A DNA stretch of 64,000 nt from Macrostomum lignano (GCA_002269645.1 NIVC01003317.1:40331-104330); one strand, 5' to 3'; shown: positions 48,749 to 62,629, counted from the first letter of the stretch. Numbers and translations: made by a program. The notes: generated from the letters alone by a model not told the origin.

Positions 48749-51700
48749 CGCACTGGACACACTGCTTGAGTCCCCAAAGCAGAAACGCGATCAGAAAGGA
48801 CTCCCGTGGCTTCCTGTTCGTATTGCTTCAGTCATTTTTGCCCCCTCATTTCGTCAAGTCCTCTTTCATATCCATTTCTTCTTTCTAGTCAACACGGGGC
48901 TAACGCCAGAAAGTAATTCCAGATGATAGGAAATTCCTGCACTGTCCCTGGTAGACTACTGCGAGTAAGAATGAGAAGCTGCAACAGCTGAATGTGTATC
49001 AACACGAACGGAAATATTAACGACAATTTAGGACATTTGAATGAACTGTCCGAGCGCTGCGACTAAAAGTGTGCGCTTTCTGCTTCCTGTCTTGACAGCT
49101 GGAACGGAAATGAACCGAGCCCCTGGACTCGAGCTCGGCTCGAATTCAAGCTGTCAGTTCCAGGCCTCGTCCCTTGTTTTCTGCACTGTCCGCTCTCAAT
49201 CTTCTCCTATTCCAAGAACGTTTCAAACCCTTTCTCTGAAATGAGAAACGGGAGAGACGCGAAGGGCAAAAGCTGCCTTCGTGCCCCGTGATTTATCTTG
49301 CCGATTTCTCCCTCACGGCTCCTTCTCTTCCCTGCAGGACCCATATATAGGCATTGCTTCCTTCCCCACAACATCTTAGTGCTTAAAAACCTTCCTTTCC
49401 CCTCGTTCTTTTCCCCTTTTTCTCCTGAGCGCTTCCTTATCCTCGGCAGGCTGCGGCAGCGCACGTACGCCCCCCCCCCCTGTCATCCCCTAGCCAATAT
49501 AGGCCCTGCGCTCCCTTCTGCAATTGCAATGCCATAAGGGGAGGAGGGTGGGCTCTGGCAGCGCGGCATTAGAGAGACTGCGATCTCCGGGACGCGGGTC
49601 ATAAAAGACCCGGCTTGGCTGTGAAGCCTCAAGTCCAGAATTCGTTCCTAAAATATAAGTAAGCCCCTTCTTTCCAATCCCCTCCCCTATAGCCTGCAGT
49701 TGTTCTTAAGACCTTCTCTCACAGAATCTGTGCCTCAATCGCGTCCCAGTCTCGTCGTGTGACGCGGGTGGTAAGCAAACTAACAACTCTAGAACGGAGG
49801 CAGGATTCTGTTCCTCACGGGGGAAAAGACGCTGAGAGAGAGGCTGAACGAAATTTGATGCGGACGCTGCTTATACGAGTGGAAAAGCCAATTCAACGGA
49901 TTCCTGCAATGAAAGGCTAATGAGATGGCGGGCAGGACTATAGGCGGCAGAGAGTCTTAGCCCGATGGAATTAGAGGGGGGGGCACGGAGAGGGTCGGAA
50001 GGGGAGACAGACGGCGGATGGGCAGAAGAGTGGATTAGTGCCCATCTGCAAAGAGAATATCTGCTGTCTTCCCTAGTTTCCTGCCCGCATTTTCTTCTCT
50101 TCCTATGAGTCGCTCTCGGCTCCTAATTCGTATGTGTCGCCTGCTTGGAGAAAAAGCAGAAGGCATCAAAGAAGTAGCGGAACAGGCTTGGATCTCTCAG
50201 CCGCTGCTGCGAGCTACGAGCTAGGTCGGGGAAGTTTGAAAAACTCCATCTGCAGCGATCCCGAATCCTCGGTGCTGTAAAAACCGAAGAAAACCGGGGG
50301 GGGGGGGCAAAATTTAAGCTTCGCTTGGTTAAAAGGGGATCGTGATCCCAGCTCATGCTAAGCTTTGTTTGAAATTAATGAAACTCTAATTAGAAGCTAT
50401 GTTTTATTCAAAAAGTTTTCTGGCTTTGCATCACGAGACAGTGGACTCATCGTGATTAGAGATGAGCTCAAAAGTAAAAAGCTAAGATGAAGGAGCTCCG
50501 GGGAGGCTGAGCGACTCGAGACGAATATGAGCAGCAAGATAAGAAATTGCAGACGAGAGTTGCATGGGAGGCAGAAAAACGAAGAGAAGTAGCAACACGG
50601 GGCAGCTCCGGTTCGAGGTTGGCCGTGCAAGTAAAAGGTTGATGCAGGCATGGGGGGGACATTATCGTCTCAAAATAGGGAGAATGGACAGTGATGGAAG
50701 CGAAGTCTGGCTTTCTTCTTCTCTTCCCTACCGCTGTTAGCGAGAAAGCCTGGCGAATCTCTCGCTGTCGAGGGTGGGGTCGGGCAGAGACGGAGTGGCT
50801 TGAGCAGTGCTCAATCCAGCATCCAGATCCGTCCCAAACCCTCGCGCACGCAAGCCAGGAGGGGGAGATGGGGACAGAGGGGCAGGGAAAAGCTCGCGAT
50901 AGGTGCTCAGCCAGTCCCCACAATCCCCGGCCCCATGGCATAGAAGATGGAGTGGCTGGCGCACCCAGGCTTATTCATAGTAAGGGATCTGGGGAACTTC
51001 TATTGATTCGGGGGAGGTCGTTCGCGCTCACTGGCCTCCCCCTGTCTCCCCTCTGCCCCACAGCCCCCCTCATCTCTGCCCGCAGCCTCCACATCCTCTC
51101 TCTGCTCACCAGCCAAGATATAAGCAATGCTGAGCAGCGCAGACTCCCCACACGGATTCGCCCACCCCACAACCCCTCGGCCTTTAACTGGGGTTGCCGC
51201 TCACTCGGTCTGTAAATAGCCGAGCAAGCGAGACAAAGCCTAGCTGACTCGGGAGCAGCATTTTTTTCTTGGATACAAAGGAAGACTGCCTGCCCTGCTG
51301 CGTGGTGGATAGCTGGCCAGCAAAAGGACACAAACTCGAACAGGGCCGGGAGCGTCTCGACTCGCTCACACCAGTTGACCCCGAATTCGTCAAGCACCGA
51401 TTGCCCTGCAGCTATTTCGCTGGCTAATAAATTTCGAATAGAGAAATTTCCGTAAAAAGGAAAAAAAAGCGAAAGGAGCAGTGAGGCTTAGTCACACCTC
51501 ACCTCTCTCTTTGTTTGCAGCAGAGAGAAAGAGAGAGAGAAAGATTGCCTCCTGATCCCAGCTTTAGGAAAATTTCCCACACTGGCCAACCAGGAACTGT
51601 GGCAACAATTCAGCGCAAAACCTTGAGCAGCAAAATCGAGAAAAGTCAGCGAAGCGTTGAAACAGATATACACCGCAGAGTAAGAGAGCCAGCCTGTCGA

Positions 51701-51843
51701 AAAAACGCTCGTTTCAATCAGTCTCAAAACAGGAGAGAGCTAAACAAGAGAGCCAGGTCGAACAAGGTCAATAACAGAGGCCGTTTATCAATAAGTTTTG
51801 TTCTTGCAATCGAGAGAGTAAGAGAGAGTAAGAGAGAGAGCAG

Positions 51844-52072
51844 ATGATGATTGCGGAGCACGCCATGAGCATGGCTCAGGTGATGCCCAAGGCGATTGAC
51901 TTTGGAGGTCTATGCCAGGCTCAGCAGGTTCCGCAGCAGCAGCAGCAGCAGCCTCAGCAGCAGCAGCATCCGCCCAATGGCAAGCTGTTTGATGGCTCGC
52001 AGAGCTTGCACTGCAATTTGGACAAGGTGAAATTGATCCAGTACCAGCTAGCAAATTTGCCAGGACACGAAG
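51844..52072 (+). CDS. CELF3/4/5/6: CELF3-6, candidate alternative first coding exon (Q-rich N-terminus; RRM1-less isoform)
   Basis: ATG preceded by an in-frame TAA at 51829. Translation is MMIAEHAMSMAQVMPK...QQQQQQPQQQQH...PGHE. Strong donor GAAG|GTGAGT, phase 1, in frame with the RRM2 exon. Confidence 0.65.
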
Positions 52073-53431
52073 GTGAGTTCGAAGAGTAAAGTCTGTGCAG
52101 TTTTTATTCAAGCCCACCTTATAGGCACAGGTAGAAGGCCTGTGATTTTATACTTTCCATTCTCTTTGTTTTTTTCCATTTCTTCTTATGCGGAGCAGCT
52201 GCTTCAAAGGGCTTTGATCTCCGGCCCCTTCTTCTATCTTCCTTCCCGGAATCAAAGCGCATGAGTTGAGCCAGTGAGTGCAAAGAGCCGGGTTTTCACT
52301 ACAAAACGCGCCCAGGCCGTGCCCCTAATGCGCGTGATAGCTTATTCCGTCTTTACCTGCTGATTAAACCCGATGCGAATAAAGATAAATGAGTAATTAA
52401 TGCTCTCTGGACTCAATTTCTTTGTCTATGCAGCTCGAAGTCTATTATTTTATCCAACTGGGACTTGTAGTTCCTGCCTCTCCGCTCTTCCCACCTAAAT
52501 ATCCCTTGCAGCGAGGGAAGGGGGCCCTTCCTTTTTCCCATTCATCCTCGCTCGGGTTACGCAATCAGAGCGGACTCTGCAGAGCCACCCGCCCCGGTCC
52601 GACCTCGGGGGTGTCACGCGCTGACGTGTCGCATTTTCTTTTTGAGGCGTCTGGACAGAATTGTGAGTCACTCGTTTCTTCGGCTCCACTTCTGCAAGGG
52701 TTCGAGTTGGTATTATCAAGACTGCCTCAGCTGCGAGTCGCATGGCTTCTGCATCCCCAGAGTTGGCTTTCTCCTCGCTAAAATTCGCTCTGAGTCATAT
52801 GGCTGCGACGGAGTCTCGACTCTTGTCGAGACCACCTGTCACCGCTTCGTCTTCTGGGACTTCTGCTGAAGAAAATCGAGCAGGCTCAGAATTAATTAGC
52901 CCACCTTTTACAGGCTTTGAAGCCAAAAAGGTTTTTAGACTCAAGGAAAAAATAATGGATGTAGCTTTTAAAGAAATTATACCTTTTTAAAAGCAGATTG
53001 AGGCAAATGGACAGAGATGACAACTAGAGTGAGTAGATCGTTATTGAACAAGGCAGTTTAAAACAACTCCAATAGCTTTCAAAATATGTGCGCGCATCTC
53101 AACAGCCGCACCTCAATACACTAGGCTAGTAAAAGCCCCACACAACTGCAGATACCCCGGCCCCATTAATGTGTGATGAAAACTATGAAAACGCGTCTAA
53201 TATTGCACGAATTTTGTGTAAATAGAATTGTATAATGCACCTGCAGTACTGCAACCACTGAAAATTATGCAGAGAATTAATAGCAATAAGAAAATTGAAT
53301 AGTGATAAGTCCTTCGGACCTGTACCTTGAAGTTTAAACTTTTACCTGTCACATGAAGCCGCTATCAAATATGCCTGGAATCTACAAACGCATACTATAA
53401 AAAAACTGCGCAAACCGTTGTCCTTGCACAG

Positions 53432-53640
53432 ACGATCGCAAACTATTCGTTGGCATGCTGTCCAAGCAGCAAAGTGAGGAGGATGTCCGGCGACTATTCG
53501 AGCCGTACGGTCAGATCGAGGAGTGCACCATTCTGCGGGACCAGAACGGGGCCAGCAAGGGCTGCGCGTTCGTCAAGTACGGCAACCACCTGGAGGCGCA
53601 GAGTGCTATCAACAATCTGCACGGCAGCCAGACCATGCCA
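53432..53640 (+). CDS. CELF3/4/5/6: CELF3-6, exon 4 (RRM2)
   Basis: Acceptor tccttgcaCAG|AC. Encodes [36 protein letters not shown]...KGCAFVKY...LHGSQTMP. Donor CCA|GTGAGT. Confidence 0.95.
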
Positions 53641-54740
53641 GTGAGTTCGCTTAAACCGGCTTTCCAAACATTTCTTTTAGCATCTGCTGATCGATATGAG
53701 TCCTTTTACTAGGCGAAGTACAGCTGTGGACTCAAACGAGAAGTATCGCCTCCTACCTTCACTGAACTGAAACCTCAGTCTCTTCTCTCTGTTTACCCGG
53801 CTTTCTTTCCATCTTTGCTCCCAACTGCCCCGATCTTCTCAGTTTTCTTCCCCTCTTCTTGCGCTCCGCTGCAGTAGCAGTGGATGCGCGGTGGTCTAGA
53901 TATGCAAGCAAATATCTGATGGATAACAAAGTACGTTGAGTACGAGTCCAGCCCCAAGCACTCAGCGGGGTGCGTCGATAGCTCGATAGCCTCCTAGCAG
54001 TAACGATACTCGCTAGCTGATTTTGACGATATCGTATTTTTAATTTGAAAAAAGGCTCATATTTTAAGCAGGAAGCGTCCACGCTATCGGATAGGGAAGA
54101 GCGGCGAGAGTGGGGAGCGAAGATCGGGGTAGAGGGGGGGGGCGCAGCTGCGACAGAAGCCGTTGTTGGCTTTTAGAGAATCAGGAAGCCGTCCCGGCCA
54201 ACCCTTCCATTGTGCAGCTGTCACAGCTGCTCAAGCTGATGGCTCAGCTACTGATTGAGAGAGAGAGAGAGAGAGAGAGGAGAGGAGATCAGAGGCCGCT
54301 GATGGAGATCCAAAGTTGAAAATCAAAATCGGGAATAAATCTCGGGCGCATCTCATCAGAGCTCTCTGCTCTCTGTTTCCACTCACTCACCCTCAGTTTC
54401 AATCCAGGCAAGGGGAAAGTGATCAGATTTTGAGGATCAGATTTTGAGGCTGATGCGGCTTAAAAGCTTGGTGAAGCGGTCATATCGCTGCGTTCGGTAG
54501 AATCTGATACATTTGCGTATGCGATGTTTCAATTTCTGAAATTTCATAAAAGCCATGATCATATAAATCGATATCGATACGTAATATGATATCTCTTTGA
54601 AATCAAAACTGCTTTAAAAGATTCAAAGCCTCTTATCGTAGAAGAATTTTTCTTTGACTCAGACATTGCGTTCATAAATTTTATTCTTCTCTTCTTAAAC
54701 GATCCGTCTGATCAGAGGTTCTCTTGCGTCCTAGGAAGTT

Positions 54741-55010
54741 GTAGCCTAGTGATTAGAGCGTTGGAATCTTGACTTGAAGGTCAGGGGTTCGATTCCCGAT
54801 CCCACTGAAACAATTTTTTCCTCAAACAAGACACTTAACTCTGCATTGTTTCAGTTCACCCAGCTGTAAAATGGGTGCCAGCATTAGCTGGATAATTGAG
54901 GGTGTGTGTGGAACCCCCACATTCTGGACTAAACAGCCGTACGCAGCCTTCAAGTTGCACACCTAGCAAAATTGGGACAGGTGTAATTAATTATTATATT
55001 ATTATTACGT
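54741..55010 (+). mobile_element. tRNA-derived SINE (CORE-like), copy 2, with 3' tail ending in (ATT)n
   Basis: A-box TAGCCTAGTGA, B-box GGTTCGATTCCC, core AACAAGACACTTAACTCTG...CCCAGCTGTAAAATGGG, and terminal TAATTAATTATTATATTATTATT. Confidence 0.75.
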
Positions 55011-55100
55011 GTGTCCTACAGCATTTTACGAGCGTAGTTAATACAAAGCTCCCGCGATACTCGCACGCTAATCCGCACCCACCACCGCCCCTCACGCCAG

Positions 55101-55256
55101 GGTGCCAGCAGCTCGATTGTGGTGAAATTCGCCGACAACGAGAACGAGCGTCAGCTGCGCAAGCTGCAGCAGATGGTGGGGCCGCTGGGCCTCATCTCGC
55201 CCGGACTGGCGGGCGTGGCCGGACAGCTCAACCCGGTGGCCACACCCTTTCCTCAG
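55101..55256 (+). CDS. CELF3/4/5/6: CELF3-6, exon 5 (RRM2 end, start of divergent domain)
   Basis: Acceptor cacgcCAG|GGT. Encodes [25 protein letters not shown]...PFPQ. Donor CAG|GTGCGT, 156 nt, phase 0-0. Confidence 0.92.
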
Positions 55257-55711
55257 GTGCGTGCAGTTAGATGAATTGAAATAGGCACATTAAAAAATGG
55301 AAAGGCTCTCTCGTAGGTAGGATAAGGTGATGAGGAACAAGGCTGTGATGAGTCTGTGTCTCAGGTTTGATTCCGCGCGTGGCCGCATCAACTCCGCAGT
55401 GAAATTGGCATCGAAATTAACTTGAGATTTACGAGCTGAATTCTCACGAGAAGGATCTCTAAGATGACCCAAGCTGCTAAAGATATGCGGTTTGTCCCTA
55501 TGCTTCTCCGCAACAAATAAACCTTGAAGCCATATAAGAGGATGATAAACGACGTGATCTCAGGATAGCGAAACTGAGATCAATCGTAAAGGTTTAGTAG
55601 AGAACACGCTTTGTGACAATATAAATCTGGGCAGCAGTGTGAAACCCGCTACATTTATAGTAACCAAAACACCTGCATATGCAGCGATGTTATCAAACCC
55701 CAATCATCCAG

Positions 55712-56081
55712 CAGTCCTCCGGCTACATCAACCCCGTCGCCGCTCTGGCCATCCAACTTCAAAGCGCCACCGGCCCCCAGACGGGCGGCTTGGGGGGTCT
55801 CACACCAGCGCTGAACTCCACCGTTGCGAATCCGGGCAGTGGATGCGGCGGAGGTCACACCTCGCTGACTTCGGCCGCGCAGGCTACGGTGCTGAGTCCG
55901 GTGAGCTCAGGTGCTGGCGGCCTGCAGCAGCAACAGCCTCTGTCTTCGGCTGCGGCTGCGGCAGCGGCTGTGAATGGAGCCGCCGCGGCTGCCGCTGCTG
56001 CGGCTGCTGCCTCTGCTGACACGGCTGCAGCTCTGTACGCGGCCACGAGCGGCATGCCGGCTCAGTACATCAATGGAGCCG
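55712..56081 (+). CDS. CELF3/4/5/6: CELF3-6, exon 6 (divergent domain, poly-Ala)
   Basis: Encodes QSSGYINPVAAL..., similar to the CELF4-type GYLNPMAA motif. Donor G|GTAAGC, phase 1. The acceptor is ambiguous among 55685, 55712 and 55715 (NAGNAG), all in frame. Confidence 0.8.
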
Positions 56082-57071
56082 GTAAGCGCTGCGCTGTCCT
56101 CTGCCTGCGTTTGAATTGATGCCCATGATTTTTTAAAACTAGCCGTAACGGACATTCGACCAAAACTTGAAAAATTTCTCCAGGAACCGATCCGCTACAT
56201 CAAATGTATTCGACTGTGCATCCTTACTCTGGAATAGGTGAGCTTCTAGAAGACGTTTATTTTTCTTTAGTGCCACAAAAGTAATCAAAACAACTCCAGC
56301 AAGAAAGATTTTAGAGAATACTCAGCAGTTTTACAGCCGTTTTCAGTTAGGAATAAGTTCTAGAGGTCCTTTTTTCTACCTGAAGGGGTAATTCTGGCCA
56401 AACGTCATGACTAACCGTACATAGCCTTTTTGAGTTCGAACAGAAAAGTATTGGAAAGTGAACCCGGATCTACTTTTATTAACCCCCCCCGGTGAAAGTA
56501 ATACTGTTTATGCATTTCATAACTCGGCTGCAATATGAACAGTTCGGATTGGCAAGCATTAACCGAATGCAATTTATCGACATTGAAACCCGGGGAGCAT
56601 ATCCAACAGATCCCTTGGGGACTTGCGGTCCCAGCTGGCTCGGCTTCCGCTAGGGTCTCTCAACTGCTAATCTTCTTCGCTTAGACGAAGCTCTGATTGA
56701 TTTCCAGATCCCCCTTCCTTCCTGGCCGAGCTGGCGCGAGGCTGCTGTTATTAAATCCGGTCATATTAAACTCGATATGCCGTTTATTTCGTTTTCGCTT
56801 AGCTAAATTATTTCATCTTGCTGACGACTTTTCTCGTAGCCAGCTATATGAGAATTCATATAAGTCCTTTACTCAGCAATGACGGCTTATGAGTGGCTGG
56901 CACGTGTACGTTTGAGTACTTGCATCTCGGATTTCGCATTTCTTGGCCTCTAGATAATCTGTCAGGAGGGGGGGGGGCAGCAATCAGCAAAGTACCTTAA
57001 CGAAGCTCTATACAGCAAAAAATGTCCCAGATGAATGCTCAGTCTCCCACCTCCTGCCAAACAACCTGCAG

Positions 57072-57490
57072 CTGCGTATCCAGCCGACCCAACGGCCACT
57101 TATCCAGCCGCAGCCGCTGCTGCCGCCTACGCAGCCGCTCCTTTCATGTCGCTAACGCAACAGGCCATGTCGATGCCTGTGCAGCACAAGGATGGCTCCA
57201 AGGAGTTCATCCTGACTGGGCCTGATGGCTGCAACCTGTTCATCTACCATCTGCCGCAGGAGTTCGGCGACTGCGAGCTCGCCCAGATGTTTGCTCCATT
57301 CGGCACGGTGATCTCCGCCAAGGTGTACGTCGACCGCGCCACCAACCAGAGCAAGTGCTTCGGCTTTGTGAGCTTCGACAACTCGGCAGCCGCGGCGGCT
57401 GCCATTCAAGCCATGAACGGCTTTCAGATTGGCATGAAGCGGCTCAAAGTGCAGCTGAAACGGCCTAAAGGCGAGGGCCGGCCCTACTGA
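57072..57490 (+). CDS. CELF3/4/5/6: CELF3-6, last exon (RRM3)
   Basis: Phase-1 acceptor acctgCAG|CT. Encodes [29 protein letters not shown]...[10 protein letters not shown]...[18 protein letters not shown], the CELF3-6-type ending. Confidence 0.93.
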
Positions 57491-60400
57491 CGAACGGACT
57501 CAGTTGCACTTCTCGACGCGTAAGTTGATTTACGTGAATCGGGTTAACGCTAAATCCTTGGAGGGCATTCTATCTGACTTAAAAGCATTAGCTAGTAACT
57601 ATGTTTGGAAAGTGGGTAAATATATTTGCTTTATCTATTGTAGTCCAAATCCATTTTTGGTAACTTTTGTCCAGATTTATTTAGAAGTTAAGCGTTCATT
57701 TCCAAAAAGTTTAAATGCCCGCTTGCAGTGCAAAAGCTCAAGAATAATAATTTTTGTTTTGCAGCCATTCCTAATTCCTAATTTATAACTCTTATAGTTT
57801 ATCGTGGATCTTATTACCTTCACTCTACCTTGCGATCCAATTTATTATTTAAGCATGTGAAGTCCATAAAACTACATCTAGCCCTGTGCATCTAGCAGTA
57901 GGACAAATGCGGCTTTTTTAGTTTCTCGGATTTCACTTTGCTGAGGATTTTTAGGGTTTTACGACTCGTATGGTGCTGCAGGGTAATTTTTATGCGATTC
58001 TGCAGGCCCAAACAACTGAACAAGATTGCCCAGCTCATGTTGAGATTGGCAACCATAAGCTTGATCAACGTTTCCTAAACGCACAATACCACCTAATGCA
58101 GGCCTGAGAAGTACACCAATCACTGCAGCCTCCACGGTGCTACCAATTAGTATTATTTATTTTCCATTGAGCAATCAATTGTTGGAGAGAGCAGCAAACT
58201 CGCAGTGAGCGACTGCGAGCCTGCAGACCCCCTGGTAAAAATATGAAATCTTATCTTTCATCATTTTTTTCTGCTCGTTGTTTGTCCAAATAAATGTGAC
58301 AGTCACTCTCTGTCCTAATTGATAATACGGGTGTATCGTTGACTAAGATACTCAAGACATCCAGGACCCGCTCTCTTCTCACGGACCACGTCTTAAAAGC
58401 TCATTCAAGATATTGACAAGACAGCAGTTCATCTTTGAACGCAAAAATATCTTCGAACAAATTTTAATTGTTAGCACTTGAAACTAACATCAGATTCTCG
58501 TCTTTCATATGTTCGAATTCGTTATTCACGTTTTGTGGGACGTTTTTGTAAGGCTGCTTAATCGTATTTTAGAACAAAAAAGTGTTTTAGCATTTTTAAT
58601 ATGACATTTTCTTTTCAAGTGTCGTTGCATTTACTTCTCGTGCCAATACTGGTTAAGTTCCCAACAGGAACAATTGTAGGAACACAAGCTAGACTGTATC
58701 CAATTAGGAATTCTAAAGCAAAGAAAGGTTTTGTTTAAATTTGTTCACACTTTCAAGATAAAGTTTGTTGTACAGTTTAGATCCAGCGCAGTGTCCTTGA
58801 ACGCGTCTGTTATGACTAATTATTTGCTTGCTTTCTAATTTAGCTGTTGCTCAAGCGGAAAGAATTTCGTGTTTAACACAGACCTATGCACTGACTTGGT
58901 CTGTTCGTTGTGATGATCGTTGCTAATTTAAAGAAGAGTTCTTTGAAAGTTAACTAAAATATAGGCTAAAAGCAACCTGAAATCATTACTTGCAAGCTTT
59001 TACTGTCACTTTGCATCGATTTTCATTGCAGATCAACAGATTTTGAAGCCGAAGTCAGACGCTGCAAAAAGTACTGAATGAAAACTCTTTTAACACCGTC
59101 GCCCCGAGGTCGACTTGCTAGCGTTTACCAATGCAAACTGACTCGTTTTTTACCTGACTTCGCCACTTAAATCTGACCATTTTCTGTCAAAAAATGATCA
59201 ATAATGACTTGGATTGTTTTAGAAATAGAATTATTTATGATGCGGAACATTTGTCAGGTGGACCAACATTACTTAGTATCGCTTGCTCTTTATAACAAAA
59301 TAGTTTGCGCTGCATATTCGGAACTCAAGATGTTGACCTTTTAATCTCAAACTGCCGGACTATCACTCATTTTTTTCTCTACGATTCCCGCTTTTTTGTT
59401 TTACCTTTTGTGTATTTTCTTTCCCACTGTTTAAGCCTCTTGTTATGCCTTGACTACGAAACTGAAACAAAGACACATCAGCCCTTGGCAAAGAGAAGTA
59501 CCAATTTGCAGCACTTCATGCAATTATAAGTTGCTTCAATACGATACAAATGCTACCGCTTGCTAACATATACTCAAACCTCCAAGTTCCTTCTGTTTTG
59601 CGAGTATTTTTGTTATAAGTCCGCTTTTCCGGCATAGCTCTCTCTATTTATCCTACTAATCAGTAGTCACGCGAGGTTGCAGCCGCTTTGCGAAGCACAT
59701 TTTTACCCCCCTCGTTTGTATTTAGGTATTTTTACAAGAGACCTCTGGACGTATTTATCCTCATTCTTAATTTTCCCAGCCCCAATCACTTTGCTCTAAG
59801 TCTTCTTCTACTTGTAGAATCTTCTTCTACTCGTAGAACAAGTCCTCTCTGTAAGGTGGGTTTCTAAATTAAGTATAGTTCCAATAAATCAACTTTCAAT
59901 AAGAGCATGATTTTTCAATACAACATTTTCTTCAAATCTGATTGTTGTCAAGAACCGCGTTAGCAGATCTACCAAAAGTGTGTGTTGTCACGCCTAGTTG
60001 TCGTTATTAAACTGTAGCAGATTCAAAACTACTCAAAGAAGTTTAATTCATTTCTAAGACTTTTTGCGTTACTTGGGCAACCCATTGATTGATCTCAGTA
60101 TTAAATTTTGAGTAAATTTGTCATTTAAACTATGAGTGATTCATCATATTATAGTGGTCCACTGTCGACACGACACACTTTACCGCTCCTCAACGCGTTG
60201 CATCCCATGACAAACTGATCAATCCCCTCTCAAATCTTAACCCATTGCACTCTTGTCGAACTTTAGATTCTAAAATTATACATATTATTGTTAATCATGA
60301 TAACTGCCAATTTTAAACACTAATAACTTGTGCAAGTTGTCAGCACTGGAAGACCCAGCGTGACATTTCCAATTTTTTCTCGAGCCCAAAACTCTTGTCC

Positions 60401-61039
60401 GTTTGACATTCTTTAATAAAATCGATTTTTGCGTCATTTCTCCTCTCCAACACAGTTCGAATGCACCGAATCGCTAAATACTACTAGATAGTAAGCATAG
60501 CGAATATTGAATTGATTTTTTTCTTCATTCCGAGGATTTTATCAGCTTTTTCGATTCCTTGTATTGTAAATCTGGACCCTCTTGCTGAACACTTAAACCG
60601 CAGTTTTTAGAGCTTGGCAATCCCTCTCCTGATTACTATATCTAGTCACTCTGGTTGCAACGTCATGGCCGGACTCCGATAGGCTTGCTCTAATTCTTAA
60701 ATATTACACTCGCGATTATTTATTGCGGTTTAGCATCACCGAAATTATGATAATGTAATTTAGCTTTGAATTGCATTAAGACCGTTATGTCTTCCATTCG
60801 TTGGCTTATTTCTAAAAATAACCTTTAAACACTTGAATAGGTTCCTCATCCTGACTAGGGATCATTCTACTAGATCCCACTTTTGTGCTGTAGCTGGAAA
60901 GGTCTGAATAAATCAAGATTCCTCTATTGATCCCGAACCCTGAGTAGATTCAGAATCTTGAGTAGATTACGAGTCCCAAATTCCAAGAACATCCAGAATA
61001 CCGAATAGATCTCGAATCTTGAACTCCAAAAAGTTCTAG

Positions 61040-62100
61040 AATAGTTTTTAAATCCTTCTGAATAAATCCCTAATCCCAGATAGATCCCAGATCCCAAAAA
61101 TTCCTAATCCCAAATAGATCCCCGATCCCACACATCCATAATCCCAAATAGATCCCAAATCCCAAAACATACATCCATAATCCCAAATTCTAAACATATC
61201 CATAATCCCAAATAGATGTAGATCCATAATCCTAAATACATGTAGATCCATAATCCCAAATAGATGTAGATCCATAATCCCAAATAGATGTAGATCCATA
61301 ATCCCAAATTCTAAACATATCCATAATCCCAAATAGATGTAGATCCATAATCCCAAATACATGTAGATCCATAATCCCAAATACATGTAGATCCATAATC
61401 CCAAATACATGTAGATCCATAATCCCAAATACATATTCCCCGATCCCTAATACTAAATAGATCCCTAATCCCAAATAAATCCATAATCCCAAATACATGT
61501 AGATCCCTAATCCTAAATAGATCCTTAATCCCAAATACATGTAGATCCATAATCGCAAATAGATCCCTAATCCCAAACAAATCTCTAATCCCAAATAGAT
61601 CCCTAATCCCAAACAGATCCCTAATCCCAAATAGATCCCTAATCCCAAATAGATCCCTAATCTCAAATAGATCCCTAACGATAAATTGACCCTTAATCCC
61701 AAATACATGTAGATCCCCAATCGCAAACAGATCCCTAATCCCAAATAGATCCCTAATGCCAAATAGATCCCTAATGCCAAATAGATCCCTAATGCCAAAT
61801 AGATCCCTAATTCCAAACAGATCCTTAATCCCAAATAGATCCCTAATTCCAAATAGATCCCTAATGCCAAATAGATCCCTAATGCCAAATAGATCCCTAA
61901 TTCCAAACAGATCCCTAATGCCAAATAGATCCCTAATGCCAAATAGATCCCTAATGCCAAATAGATCCTAATGCCAAACAGATCCCTAATTCCAAACAGA
62001 TCCCTAATGCCAAATAGATCCCTAATGCCAAATAGATCCCTAATACCAAATAGATCCCTATTACCAAATAGATCCCTAATGCCAAATAGATCCCTCATCC
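61040..62100. repeat. Composite 18/24-bp minisatellite (CCAAATAGATCCCTAATG/C; CCCAAATACATGTAGATCCATAAT)
   Basis: Visible array. The ORFs at 61048-62098 are translations of it. Confidence 0.93.
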
Positions 62101-62629
62101 CTTAAGAGATTTAATTGATCTTAAATCTAAAAATCAGCCTTCATTTTAACTCCCCTTAGCTTCCAGACTTAAATTCCAACAGTTCAAGACTCAGTGAATA
62201 TGGTCGAATATTATTGAATACAACTAATTCAAGGGAGACGAAAGACTTTAATTCTGAGTGTGCAAGTGCTCAAAAAAGGCTATAGCAGGCGCAACTTCTT
62301 CAGAACTCAGTATAGACAATGAACTTTCTTAGCGGTTATGACTCACACAGTTTAAAATCCGAAGGGCCTGTTAACCACCACCCCCCCATAGACTACTGGC
62401 AGCAGACATAGTCAGTAGACCATTATTGACTTCACGTTGGAATAATACGGACATTTGCTCAATGAGTCATCGCTTCTGCAGGGGAATACGGCGCATTCAA
62501 AACAGAAACCAACTTTTGATCTCTGTCAGTTTATTGAATTCCCATTGGGGGAGAAACTCATTGAGTTTCTTTTGCAGTCACACAACCACTGTCGTTACAG
62601 GTAGAGGTTCAAGTTTATGATTTAAAAGC

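Noticed and set aside
56478-57548. piggyBac-like ends TTAACCC...GGGTTAA
   Set aside because: Only a few bases match, there are no extended TIRs, and the span would include the essential last CELF exon.
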